From an uncultured Planctomycetota bacterium (GTDB lineage Bacteria; Planctomycetota; Planctomycetia; Isosphaerales; Isosphaeraceae), in contig CAVTTN010000002.1 of the NCBI GenBank assembly GCA_963737655.1, positions 3,936,001 to 4,000,000 of the forward strand: 64,000 nt of DNA, read 5' to 3'. Shown one piece after another: positions 1 to 9,598 of the stretch. Each line of letters starts with the position of its first letter. The stretch's first letter is position 1. The position numbers were made by a program, and so were the translations under genes. The notes beneath the pieces were generated by a model. The model had not been told where the DNA came from and ran no database searches. It saw nothing but the letters and a program-made list of their open reading frames with translations.

Positions 1-167
1 CTCTTTGCGAACAGCTCAGCCAGAGCCAGCCGGCGGTGAGCCACCACCTGGCCCTGCTCCGACACGGCGGGATCATCACCCCCCGCCGCGCCGGCAAGAA
101 CAACTTCTACAGCCTCACCGAGGTCGGCGCCGAGCTGGCCAAGGTCGTCCAGGGGCTGATCGCCTGA
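1..167 (+). CDS. ArsR/SmtB-family transcriptional regulator, 3' part (runs off the window start; not in the ORF track)
   Basis: The frame from nt 3 reads LCEQLSQSQPAVSHHLALLRHGGIITPRRAGKNNFYSLTE...LIA* (TGA 165-167). It has the typical ArsR SQPAVSHHL helix and wing. Confidence 0.85.
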   Translation, partial: LCEQLSQSQPAVSHHLALLRHGGIITPRRAGKNNFYSLTEVGAELAKVVQGLIA

Positions 168-215
168 CCGGCGGCCTGCCTCGTCCCCGCGTCGAACCCC
201 CGAACCCTACGCCTC

Positions 216-280
216 CCGGTCGAATCCGCGATCCCGGACCCCTCCTTCGACGGGGGGGATGGGATCGCGGATTCGACCGG
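216..280. terminator. 20-bp perfect inverted repeat between convergent genes; probable bidirectional terminator
   Basis: CCGGTCGAATCCGCGATCCC (216-235) pairs with GGGATCGCGGATTCGACCGG (261-280), between the ArsR stop and the TolC stop. Confidence 0.6.
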
Positions 281-306
281 CCTTTGTCCGTTTCGGCCCG
301 CCTCGC

Positions 307-1895
307 TCAAGGCAGGAGCCGCCGGCCCACCGCCGTGTTCACGTCGAGCATCGCCCGGCGGTGTCGGATCAACGTATCGAGATACTGACGGACCACCGCC
401 ACGTATTCGCTCCGGGCCGTGAGGAAGACGATGAGGTTCTCCTCCCCCTGCTTGGACCTCTGGCGGGCGACTTCCAGGATGCGCTCCGACTTGGGGCGGA
501 TTCGCGTGTCGAATCGTTCGATCGCCCTCCGGCTGACGACGTACTCGTGCTGCGCCTGCTGGACGTCGGTGATGATCTGCCGGAGCTGCGCCGAGAGTTG
601 TACGTTCGTCTGGGTGACGTTGAGCCGGGCCCTCTGGATGTTCCCCTGATTGCGGTTGTACAGCGGCAAGGGGATCGTCGCACCCAGGGCCCAGGAGGTC
701 GGGCTCTTCAGCCCGTTGGGCGTATTGTCCTGGAACGTGTAGGGCTGGTAGAGGATGTACACGTCCTGGAAGCGGTTCGCCAGCTGGAGCTTGACGTCGG
801 CCTCGGCGCGGGCGACTCCCAGGCGATACGAGACCAGGTCCGGCCGGTTCTCCATGGCGATCTGGAGGAGGAGATCCTCGCTCGGGGGGTCGACGACGGG
901 GTCTCGGAGCCTCCTCGGAGGTCGATCCCCGGGGCCTGGTCCGGCGGGATGTTCAGCAGGTTCGCCAGGTTCCTCTTGGCCTTGAGCAGGGCCTCGTTGG
1001 CGTCCTCCCGGCCCTGCTCGGCCGTGAGGAGCTGCACCTCCACCCGGTTCATCTCCACGTCGGTCTTGAGGCCCTGCTTGACCTGGTCGGCGATCGGCTT
1101 GAGGATCGCCTCCAGCCCCTCGACGCTCGCCTCGGCGTAGCGGAGGTAGGCGCGGGCCGCCAGGACGTCGATGTAGACCGTGTAGAGGTTGTCGATCTGG
1201 ACGCGGACGGCGTCGCGGTACTGCTCCTCCAGGACCCTCTTGGCCGCCGTGGCCGAGCGGACCCTCGCGGCCCTCTTGCGCGAGACGTCCAGAGGATACG
1301 AGATGTTCACGTCGTACTGGGTCTGGCCGCCCGGGCGCTGGCGGGTGTAGGCGCCGTAGGGGATCAACTGGCTGTCGGCATAGAAGACCGGGTTGGCCCG
1401 GAGGCCCGCCGTGATGACGTCGGCCTCGGCCTGGGGGATCTCGAACGACTGGCCGCGAAGATACAGGTTCTCGCGGACGAGCCGTTCGATCGCGGAGTCC
1501 AGGGTCATCCCGCCCTCGGGCCCCTCGTCGTCGATGATCGAGGGGAAGTCCAGTGAGCCGTAGACCGGGATCTCCGCCGCGGCGAGAGGGGCCGGCGTCG
1601 CGATGATGCCCCGGCCGGCGGCCCCCATGTTGGTGGGGCCGGGCGTGCTGATGGACGTGGGGGCGCGGGACGTGGACGCCCCGGGCCGCCCTCCGAGCGG
1701 GTTGTCTCCCGACCCCGGGACGTTGCTGAAGCCGCCGGCCCCGGCCCCCGGCGACGGGCCCAGCGTGGAGTTACTCCCGCCCGGAGAGCCGGCCGGCGTG
1801 GCGTCGGGAAGGGTCGGACCCTGCCCCATCGCGGCCGATGACCCCAGCCCCGCCAGCATTGCCAGGCCGAACGACCATCGCACCAGTCGAGACAT
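307..1895 (-). CDS. TolC/CzcC-family outer membrane efflux protein (one frameshift near 908)
   Basis: Signal peptide MSRLVRWSFGLAML with a GGAGG RBS. OEP-like segments include TLDSAIERLVRENL, AGLRANP, NRPDL and IPLPLYNRNQGNI. The gene is split across ORFs 708..2195 and 307..855. Confidence 0.85.
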
Positions 1896-2225
1896 GGCTT
1901 CCTCCTGGGCCAACCGTCCGGGACGCGATCGCGGGCGATCCTCCCGAGGGCGGACGGTCCTCCGTCGGCCCCTGCTGCCCCTGGATATCGGGGGACGGGA
2001 CCGGAATTCCTCACCCGCGAACTCCCCAGGGTTACCCAATCTCCCGGAATTTCGGCGCGACCCCTGCAATCGGACGGCCTGGAACATTCCCGCCGCCTCG
2101 GGCCGAGGGCCTTGAGCTTCGCGGGGCGAGATGGTCCGATGGTCCGGGAAAAAAAAATGCGTATGAACGGCGAGGCGACGGGCACTAAGGTTCAAACAGC
2201 CTCACCGGAGGACGGAGCGGACTTC

Positions 2226-3551
2226 ATGGCGATCGGGCGGATCGGCCTGGCGGCCCGGCATTTGGGCGTTCTGTTCGACTCGGGGCGGCTCGGGGCCCTG
2301 TCCGACGGCGACCTCCTCCAACGGTTCCTCGACCGTCGAGACGGCGGCGAGGCGGCGTTCGAGACGCTGGTCGGCCGCCACGGGTCGATGGTCCTGGCCG
2401 TCTGCCGGCAGGTGCTCGGGCCGATCGACGAGGCCGAGGATGCGTTTCAGGCCACGTTCCTGGTCCTGGTCCGGCGGGCGGGCACGATCCGCAAGGCGGA
2501 GTCGCTCGGCCCGTGGCTCCACGGGGTCGCCCGGCGGGTCTCGCTCCGGGCCCGGAGGGACGCGGCCCGACGGTCCCGGCGCGAGCGATCGGCCGCGTTC
2601 CGGGTCGTCGGCGGCCCGGCCGAGGATCGATCCTTCGAGACCACGCTTCATGACGAGATCGCGCGTTTACCCGAAAAATACCGGACCCCGATCGTCCTGT
2701 GCGACCTGGAAGGCCGGAGCCACGCCGAGGCCGCCCGCCAGCTCGACTGGCCGATCGGCACGGTCAGCGGACGGCTCTCTCGGGCCCGGACCCTGCTCAG
2801 GGGACGGCTCGCCCGCCGGGGGGTGGCGCCGGGGATCGGGGTCGGCGCCCTGGCGATCGGCCGATCGGCGAGGGCCGACGCGGACCGGGCCCTGATTTCG
2901 AGGACTCTCGCCCTGGTCTCGGGCAAGACTTCCGTCGGCGCGTCGGTGGCCGGGATGGCGGACGCGGCGATCCGAGGGCCGATGTTGCGGCTGGCCCGCT
3001 CGATCGTCTCGGCCCTGTCGATCGGCTCGCTCGCGGCGTCTCTGGGGGGCCTGCCCCATCACGCGAGCTCCTCAAGCCCGACTTGCCGGGACTCGGGACC
3101 CGTCGTTGTCCGGGAGGATTCCGCGCTCCGGGCACCGCTCTCCGGCAAACGCCGCCGCCTGGCCGATGAGACGGAGATCCTCGCCCTGGCGTTCGCTCCC
3201 GACGGCCGGACCCTGGCCTCGGGTTCGGGCGACGCGACGGTGACGTTGTGGGACGTGGCCTCGGGGTTGGAGAAGGCGACGCTTCGCGGGCATCAGGCGC
3301 CGGTCTCCTCGCTGAGCTTCAGCCGGGACGGCCGACGACTGGCCTCGACGAGCGAGGACCGGACCGTCAAGGTCTGGGACGTCGGCACGCTCCGCGAGGA
3401 ATTCTCCGTGACCTGGCTCGATCCCCGGCCCGAGCCGGCCCACGACCTCGGGCCCGAGTCCCCCGACTCGGTCCCGTGCGGCCCCGGGCGGGACCGTTGC
3501 GCCGACGGTCCCGCCCGAGAGGCCGCCTCGCTCCCCGATCACCGGGCGTAA
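2226..3551 (+). CDS. Planctomycete ECF sigma-70 factor with a C-terminal WD40 extension
   Basis: SDGDLLQRF, AFETLVGRHGSMVLAVCR, AEDAFQATFLVL and LPEKYRTPIVLCDLEG motifs, followed by two WD40 repeats. The ATG at 2226 follows a GGAGG/GGAG RBS. Confidence 0.9.
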   Translation: MAIGRIGLAARHLGVLFDSGRLGALSDGDLLQRFLDRRDGGEAAFETLVGRHGSMVLAVCRQVLGPIDEAEDAFQATFLVLVRRAGTIRKAESLGPWLHGVARRVSLRARRDAARRSRRERSAAFRVVGGPAEDRSFETTLHDEIARLPEKYRTPIVLCDLEGRSHAEAARQLDWPIGTVSGRLSRARTLLRGRLARRGVAPGIGVGALAIGRSARADADRALISRTLALVSGKTSVGASVAGMADAAIRGPMLRLARSIVSALSIGSLAASLGGLPHHASSSSPTCRDSGPVVVREDSALRAPLSGKRRRLADETEILALAFAPDGRTLASGSGDATVTLWDVASGLEKATLRGHQAPVSSLSFSRDGRRLASTSEDRTVKVWDVGTLREEFSVTWLDPRPEPAHDLGPESPDSVPCGPGRDRCADGPAREAASLPDHRA

Positions 3552-3554
3552 GGC

Positions 3555-3596
3555 GTAGGGTGCATGAAATGCACCGTGATGTAGGGTGCATGAAAT
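3555..3596 (+). repeat. GTAG-family REP tandem pair; the second copy is interrupted by the IS
   Basis: GTAGGGTGCATGAAATGCACC (3555-3575), GTGAT spacer, then GTAGGGTGCATGAAAT (3581-3596) followed by the IS end. Confidence 0.9.
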
Positions 3597-5073
3597 CAGC
3601 CCTTTGGAGGCATTACTTTGTACACGCTTGACGAGCTTTTAGGATCTTCGCGGTAGCGACATGTTTGATCTTCGCCCCGCTCTGTTTCTTGGGCTTCGGC
3701 TTCTTCGGGCCGCGCGGGTGCTTGCGCAGCTTCGGCAAGGAAACCGATCGCGCCAGGCCCACCAGGACCTCGGCCAATTCCTCGGCGGGCAGGTCGTGAA
3801 ACACCACCCATTCGTCTTCGGGAATCGCGATCATCATCCCCCGGTGGGTCATCCGGATCTCGTCGGCCACGTAGTAGCCCGAGACCTCATCGGCCACCAC
3901 CTCCTCGCCGTGCACCGAACGCAACGCCCCCTTGACCGTGCTCAGCACGTTGTACGCGACCAGGGCCACGCAGAACGCGAACAACGCCGCCTTGGGATAG
4001 CCCAGGGTGTTGACCTCGCTGTCGAGCGACGCTTCCAACTCCTGGAACGCGGTCTCGATCGTCCAGCGACGACGGTAGAGATCGGCGATCACCTTGGCCC
4101 GGGCGTCCTGGGCCGGCACGTTGGTCAGGATGTGCAGCTCGGCCTCTCCGTCCCGCGTGGGCTGATCCAGCAGCACGGTGATCCGGCGCAGGATCAGGAT
4201 CTCGTCGGCCTCGTCGGTGGCCCGGATGGCCTGCTCGAAGACCCGGCCGGTCTCGATCCGGCCGCAGGCCCGCCGCTTGCCGACGAACGCCCAGTGCAAG
4301 GTCGAGGCGTGCTGTCGGATCGCGAAGGAGCCGCCGCGCCCCGCGATCCCGAACAGGAAGTCGGTCGTGCAGAAGTTGCGGTCGGCGATCCAGGGGTCCT
4401 TCGCCGCGACCTTCGCCAGGACCTGATCGAGCAACGACCGCTCCTGCGCATGACCGTCTTCACAGGGGACGACATCGGTGGCCAACATCAGGCGGGGGTC
4501 GAGCACGACCAGCGAGTGACCGGGCAAGGCGGCGGCCCGCATGGCCCGCAGCTCCTTGATCCTGTGCTCGGAGCCGGGGAGGTGATTGCCGTCGAGGATC
4601 CGGGCGCGATAGCCGGGCAGCCAGTCGGGCCGGGCGCCTCCCATCGCCTCGATGACCGGGGCCAACCGCGCGGCCACCGTGTGGACCAGCGCGGCGGAGA
4701 CGGCGGTCTCGGTGCCGTCGAGCTTGTCGTAGACGGCGTCGATGGTCGCCCCGACGGTCTCGGCTCGGGCCTGGAAGGCGGCGTGGATCGAGGGCCGGAT
4801 GCGGCAGACCACGACGCTCATGAGGTCGACGACCGTGGAGAAGAGGAGCTTGTGGGTGAACTGCTTGCGGGCGACCTCCTCGAAGAGTTGGTCGAGGGCC
4901 TGGGGGTCCATGGCGTTGGCCATGACACCCTGAGCCATGACCGACAGAGGAGAATCCCGGGAGAACCGCTCGAAGACATCGCTGAGGATCATCGCCGCCG
5001 CCTCCGCGGAGAATCGGTAACTCCGTATCTGGTGGCAGCTTAACAAACTCATGCCGACGACTCCAAAGGGCTG
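3597..5073 (-). mobile_element. IS4-family insertion sequence, 1477 bp, 13-bp TIRs, 12-bp target-site duplication
   Basis: CAGCCCTTTGGAG (3597-3609) and CTCCAAAGGGCTG (5061-5073). The direct repeat GGTGCATGAAAT lies at 3585-3596 and 5074-5085. Confidence 0.93.
3613..4992 (-). CDS. IS4-family DDE transposase
   Basis: ILDGNH, IADRNF and LYRRRWTIETAFQEL (YREK-like signature). Intact ORF with a basic C-terminal tail. Confidence 0.92.
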   Translation of the reverse strand: MILSDVFERFSRDSPLSVMAQGVMANAMDPQALDQLFEEVARKQFTHKLLFSTVVDLMSVVVCRIRPSIHAAFQARAETVGATIDAVYDKLDGTETAVSAALVHTVAARLAPVIEAMGGARPDWLPGYRARILDGNHLPGSEHRIKELRAMRAAALPGHSLVVLDPRLMLATDVVPCEDGHAQERSLLDQVLAKVAAKDPWIADRNFCTTDFLFGIAGRGGSFAIRQHASTLHWAFVGKRRACGRIETGRVFEQAIRATDEADEILILRRITVLLDQPTRDGEAELHILTNVPAQDARAKVIADLYRRRWTIETAFQELEASLDSEVNTLGYPKAALFAFCVALVAYNVLSTVKGALRSVHGEEVVADEVSGYYVADEIRMTHRGMMIAIPEDEWVVFHDLPAEELAEVLVGLARSVSLPKLRKHPRGPKKPKPKKQSGAKIKHVATAKILKARQACTK

Positions 5074-5207
5074 GGTGCATGAAATGCACCAACATGCGGC
5101 GGCCGAAGGCCGCCATCCGCCTCTTCCTCTTCTTCAACGAAGCGGAGCCAGGAGAGATGGATGGCGGCCTTCGGCCGCCGCATGTTGGTGCATTTCATGC
5201 ACCCTAC
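5073..5207. repeat. REPIN-like long hairpin: 46-bp perfect inverted repeat ending in REP units
   Basis: 5073-5118 is the reverse complement of 5159-5204. The reverse REP is at 5187-5207, and each arm contains a GCGGCC-GAA-GGCCGC mini-hairpin. Confidence 0.88.
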
Positions 5208-6550
5208 TTCAATCCCGGGGCCGCCCGGAAATTGGTGATCGGCTTGCCGTCGGCGGCGTTCCAGAGTCGGACCTCGCCGTCCCAGCAGCCGGAGACGATC
5301 GCGTTGCCGTCCCTGGAGATCGCGAACGTGTAGACCCAATCGTTGTGTCCATTCAAGACAAGTTTCTGCGCGTTTGCCTCGAAAATCCTCAGGGTCTTGT
5401 CGGCGGAACATGCGATCAACCGCTTGCCGTCGGGCGAGTACTGGAGACGGAAGACCGGGCCGCCGAACCCGCCGATCACGCCGGTCTGCTTGCCGTCCTC
5501 GTCGGGGTTCCAGATGCGGATCACGTTGTCGCCGCCCCCGGTGGCCACCTGCTTGCCGTCGGGCGTGAAGCTCACGGTGAACACGGCCTCCGTGTGGCCG
5601 GGGAAGGTGACGAGCGACTCCTTCTTCTCGATGTCGAAGACCTTGGCGGTCTTGTCGCGAGAGGCCGAGGCGAGCCTCTTGCCGTCGGGGCTGAAGGCCA
5701 CGTCCATCACCCAATCGGCGTGGTCCTCGATCGTGGTGACGAGCTTGCCGGACTCGACCTCCCAGACGCGGATCGCCCGGTCGGCCCCGGCGGCGGCCAC
5801 GAGGCGGCTATCGGGGCTGAACGCGACGGCCAGGACGCTGTCGGGCGTCTCGACCAGGTCGCGGACCGGCTTGCCTCCGCCGTCGGGCTCGGCCAGCCAG
5901 AGCTTGGCGGAACCCGATTGCCCCGGATCGCCACCGGCCGTGGCCAGCCACTTGCCATCGGGGCTGTACACGATCTCATAAATGCGTTCGTTCAAGCCTC
6001 GGACCCGCCGCACCAGCCCGCCATTGGCCGCGTTCCAGAGGTTGATTTCATGAAAACCTCCGGCGGCGATCGTCGTATTGTCGGGGCTGAACGCCACGGA
6101 CGTGATCGGCACGGGCAGGGGATAGCTGTCGGGCACCGGCACCACGCGATTCTTGTGGTAGAGCGCGACCCAATCTTCCTTCGGGTCGGCGCCGTCGTAC
6201 TTCGCCCCCTCGGTCACCCATCGCTCGATCAGCGCGACCTGATCCTTCGGCAAGGGGTCTTGCTTGTACGGCATCCTCGGCTGGGCGTCGGCATGAAGCA
6301 GCTCGACGAACCGGCTCTCGTCGGGCTTGCCGGGTTCCAGGGTGATGTCTTCGCCCTGCTGGCCGCCCTTGGCCAGCAAGGCGAACGTGGTCATGTTGTA
6401 CTTGCTCTCGCTCTTCCGCGAGTTGTGGCAGGCGATGCAGTTGCGGACCAAAATCGGCGCCACGTCCTTCAGGAAGCTCGCCGGGGGCGCCGGATCGGCG
6501 GCCAGGGCCGGAGACGTCATCACCGCGAACAGCGCGACCAGGCGAGACAT
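5204..6550 (-). CDS. Planctomycete cytochrome c domain + WD40 repeat protein
   Basis: Signal peptide, SFLKDVAPILVRNCIACH (CxxCH), RMP...LIERWVTEGA, then about 7 WD40 repeats. Confidence 0.9.
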   Translation of the reverse strand: MSRLVALFAVMTSPALAADPAPPASFLKDVAPILVRNCIACHNSRKSESKYNMTTFALLAKGGQQGEDITLEPGKPDESRFVELLHADAQPRMPYKQDPLPKDQVALIERWVTEGAKYDGADPKEDWVALYHKNRVVPVPDSYPLPVPITSVAFSPDNTTIAAGGFHEINLWNAANGGLVRRVRGLNERIYEIVYSPDGKWLATAGGDPGQSGSAKLWLAEPDGGGKPVRDLVETPDSVLAVAFSPDSRLVAAAGADRAIRVWEVESGKLVTTIEDHADWVMDVAFSPDGKRLASASRDKTAKVFDIEKKESLVTFPGHTEAVFTVSFTPDGKQVATGGGDNVIRIWNPDEDGKQTGVIGGFGGPVFRLQYSPDGKRLIACSADKTLRIFEANAQKLVLNGHNDWVYTFAISRDGNAIVSGCWDGEVRLWNAADGKPITNFRAAPGLK

Positions 6551-6645
6551 CGGCGGAGACTCCGTGGGGTGTCCTAAGAGATTAGTCGATCGCGGTGCTG
6601 TCCGCCAGCCGGTCGCGGTTGGATTCGTCCGGGATTCAGGACGAG

Positions 6646-6740
6646 GGGGAACCGAAACGCAGATTACGCAGATTACGCAGATGAAAACAATCAAGTGAAT
6701 TTCATCTGCGTAATCTGCGTAATCTGCGTTTCGGTTCCCC
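6646..6740. repeat. Palindromic intergenic element built from ACGCAGATT 9-mers
   Basis: GGGGAACCGAAACGCAGATTACGCAGATTACGCAGATGAAA ... TTTCATCTGCGTAATCTGCGTAATCTGCGTTTCGGTTCCCC; about 41-bp arms around a short AT-rich loop. Confidence 0.88.
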
Positions 6741-6749
6741 CACATCCCC

Positions 6750-9089
6750 TCATTTCACGACCTTCACGGCCACCCCGACGGGAGGGGTGGGATAGTCCTT
6801 CTTGTTCACCTGGAAGGCCACGGCGAGCTGGGCGCCGGCCATGGCGGCGGGGGCGTCGCCGTTGGCCTCGATCTTGAGGGTGAAGTCGGCGGCGTCGGGC
6901 GCGACGGTGATCGGCTCGGACTTGAGGCCGGCGGGGAGGCCGTTGAGCGTGAGCTTGACCGGCTCCTTGAAGGCCCCCTTGCGGACGACCTTGCCTTTCA
7001 GCTCGACGCTCGCCCCGCTCTTCACCTCCACCATCGGCGCCGCGGACTCGATCGTCGCCGGGCGGACGACCTGGACGGTCACCACGGGCGAGACGATCGT
7101 TTGCTCCTTCGGGCCGAGCTTCCCCTTGGCGGTGAAGACGAGGAAGAATGGGGCCAAAGGGGACTCGGCCGGGTATTCGAGCGTCGCGGCCCCCTCGGCG
7201 GCCTTCTCCGGGAGCGCCCCGGAGACCTTCACGTTCGGCGGCAGGGGCATCCCGGTCGGCGGGGCGAGCGCGGCGAACGCCAGGGCCGAATCCCCCTCGG
7301 GGCCTCGCGCGACCTTCACCGGGATCGGCCCTCCGAGGCCGTGGACGACCTCGACCGGGCCGGGCGGCGTCTCCAAAACGGCCGGGATCGCCAGGGCCAC
7401 CGAGGCGGCCAGGCCGACCTGATCGCTCGAATTCGTGGGGATGTTCGCCTGCTGGGCGAAGACGAGCATCTTGGTGCCGACGGTCACGATCGGCCCCGAG
7501 GGCCCCTGCCCCGTCCCCGTGACCTTCAGGTCCACCGCGCCGAAGGTCGCGTCGGCCGAGGCCGACACCGTGAAGATCCCGGCGTTCTGGCCCTCGGGGA
7601 TCGTCGTCGAGCGAACCGTCAGCCCCGGGGGAGGCTCGGCGATCCCCAGGACGATCGGCCCATTGTACGCCTTCCTCTGCACCGAGACACCGATCGCCGC
7701 GTTCCCACCCTTTGGAATATTCAGATGATCGTCATTCAGCGCCAGGACGAACGAGGGCGTGATCGGCTCGACGATCAAACGATATGGGAAGCCGACCCCG
7801 CCCCGGCCGATCAGGTCGCGGAGGCTCAGGGTGATCTCGTTGACGCCTTGCGGGACGGTGAAATCCAGCGACGGGTCGGGCGAGAGGATGCCCGGGGTCT
7901 TCTTGCCGTCCTTGGTCACGGCCGGGGTGACCACGGTGTCCTCAGCATTCGCCAATCCGTTGCCCGCCGGGCCGAGGATGGTGAGCGTGCCGTCGAGGCC
8001 CGAGCCCAGCTCGGCGGCATCGACGCGAATCCTCAGCGCCTGCCCCGGAGAAACCGCCAGGGCGAACCGATCCTCGTCCCCCGGAGGGTCGATCCGGCCA
8101 TTGAACACGACCGGCGCCACCGCCTTGATCGGAGGGGCCGAAGGGTCGGTCGGCTCGCGGAGCTCGGGGAGGTCGAGCACGTCCAGAGGGGCCGCAATCT
8201 CCACATCCAGAGGCTCGCCGGGCAGGCCGAGGGCGACGTTCGAGACCCTCGGGCGGAACAGGTCGGTCAGCGGAGGCACGGCGATCGTGGAGGCGCCCAC
8301 CCTCAGGTCGGGGAGCGTCCCGCCCCGGAATTCCAGGCCCACGGTCTCGCCCCGACGGCCGCCCAGGGGATAGACCTCGGTCGCTACCGGGATCGGGCCG
8401 ATCACCAGGCGGTAAATCGGACGGCCGGCCCCCTGATATTTCGAGTCGGAGATCTCGACCACGTAATCGCCGTCCTCGGGCAGGACGGCGGTCAGGCGGG
8501 CGTCGGTCAGCAAGCCCGGCGAGTCGTCGGCGCTCTCGACGAACTTCCTCCCGGCGGTCGTCAATCGGATCTGGGGATCGACGCCCGAGCCGACCCGGGC
8601 ACACTGGGCATCGACGACGATCCTCTGGCCCTTCTTGCCCGGGAACCGGAAGAAATCGACGTCCGCCCCCGCGAGTTGCCCCTCGACCACCACCGGCGAC
8701 GGCACCGGCTGGGCCGTTTCGAACACGCTATTGTCTTCCTTCTCGCCGACCTGGGGCACCTGGCCGACGGCCAGCAGGAACGGGTTCGAGAGGCCGTCGT
8801 CGGTCTTCACGCGGACCGTGTAGACGCCCACCGCCGCCTCGGGCGAGACCAGGAGCTTCATCCGGAAGTGGCCGCCGTCGCTGTTGGCCTCCTTCTCGAC
8901 GCTCGCCGGGAAGGGCGCCACGAGCTGGGGGTTGGCGGCGAGGTCGGTGCCGGCGATGTCGACCGCCGTCGCCTCCCCCCGGCGGGCCCCGATGGGGCTG
9001 ATGTTCGTGATCCGAGGGGGGTCGGCGAACGTCGATGCGACCAGGACCAGGCCGAGCACGGCGGCCGAGGCGGGCGTCAGGGCCTTCAT
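6750..9089 (-). CDS. Secreted planctomycete PPC-domain (pre-peptidase C-terminal) repeat protein
   Basis: Signal peptide MKALTPAS with a GAGGAG RBS. Motifs PIGARRGE, DVDFFRFPGKKGQRIVVD and NGRIDPPGDEDRF. Lies next to the cytochrome c-WD40 gene, a usual neighbour. Confidence 0.8.
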   Translation of the reverse strand: MKALTPASAAVLGLVLVASTFADPPRITNISPIGARRGEATAVDIAGTDLAANPQLVAPFPASVEKEANSDGGHFRMKLLVSPEAAVGVYTVRVKTDDGLSNPFLLAVGQVPQVGEKEDNSVFETAQPVPSPVVVEGQLAGADVDFFRFPGKKGQRIVVDAQCARVGSGVDPQIRLTTAGRKFVESADDSPGLLTDARLTAVLPEDGDYVVEISDSKYQGAGRPIYRLVIGPIPVATEVYPLGGRRGETVGLEFRGGTLPDLRVGASTIAVPPLTDLFRPRVSNVALGLPGEPLDVEIAAPLDVLDLPELREPTDPSAPPIKAVAPVVFNGRIDPPGDEDRFALAVSPGQALRIRVDAAELGSGLDGTLTILGPAGNGLANAEDTVVTPAVTKDGKKTPGILSPDPSLDFTVPQGVNEITLSLRDLIGRGGVGFPYRLIVEPITPSFVLALNDDHLNIPKGGNAAIGVSVQRKAYNGPIVLGIAEPPPGLTVRSTTIPEGQNAGIFTVSASADATFGAVDLKVTGTGQGPSGPIVTVGTKMLVFAQQANIPTNSSDQVGLAASVALAIPAVLETPPGPVEVVHGLGGPIPVKVARGPEGDSALAFAALAPPTGMPLPPNVKVSGALPEKAAEGAATLEYPAESPLAPFFLVFTAKGKLGPKEQTIVSPVVTVQVVRPATIESAAPMVEVKSGASVELKGKVVRKGAFKEPVKLTLNGLPAGLKSEPITVAPDAADFTLKIEANGDAPAAMAGAQLAVAFQVNKKDYPTPPVGVAVKVVK

Positions 9090-9242
9090 GATGCGGATCT
9101 CCTCACGGCCGGTCGGTTCCGAGGGCCGTGATCGCGAGGCGAGGCGGGGGTTTTGGCAGGGTCGAATCCTGGCGGGACTTCTCCTCGCTAAAGTCTCACG
9201 GGGGGAGGGACTTGTCAAGGATCTGGGGTTGTGATGAAGACG

Positions 9243-9533
9243 GGGGAGATCAACCGCCAAGACGCCAAGGGCGCCAAGAGGAGAGGAGAAGACGAGCGGG
9301 GAGGAGAGGAGAAGAGGAGGAAGACGAGAGGAAAGGAAGATGTAGAGTTCTAAACGCAGATTACGCAGAAGCGGAGAGGAAGAGGAAGAAGAGTATTAAA
9401 CGCAAATTACGCCGATGCAAGAATTTATTATTATTTCCAATCTGCGTAATCTGCGTTTAATACTCTTCCTCTCCTCTTCCTCCTCTTCTCCTCTCTTCTT
9501 GGCGCCCTTGGCGTCTTGGCGGTTAATCTCCCC
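9243..9533. repeat. Nested inverted-repeat (MITE-like) element
   Basis: Outer arms AACCGCCAAGACGCCAAGGGCGCCAAGA / TCTTGGCGCCCTTGGCGTCTTGGCGGTT, then purine- and pyrimidine-rich tracts, then inner arms GAAGAGTATTAAACGCA..TTACGC / GCGTAATCTGCGTTTAATACTCTTC. Confidence 0.85.
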
Positions 9534-9598
9534 ACTCCCCCGCTAGGAACAAAGCCAGCACGAAGATAGAATCAAAGGCCCGAAGGAGGGAGGCGAAG

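Noticed and set aside
4020..4080. Transposase inactive because the K of the YREK signature reads E
   Set aside because: This position varies among IS4 subgroups. The DDE triad, TIRs and duplication are intact, so inactivity is unsupported.
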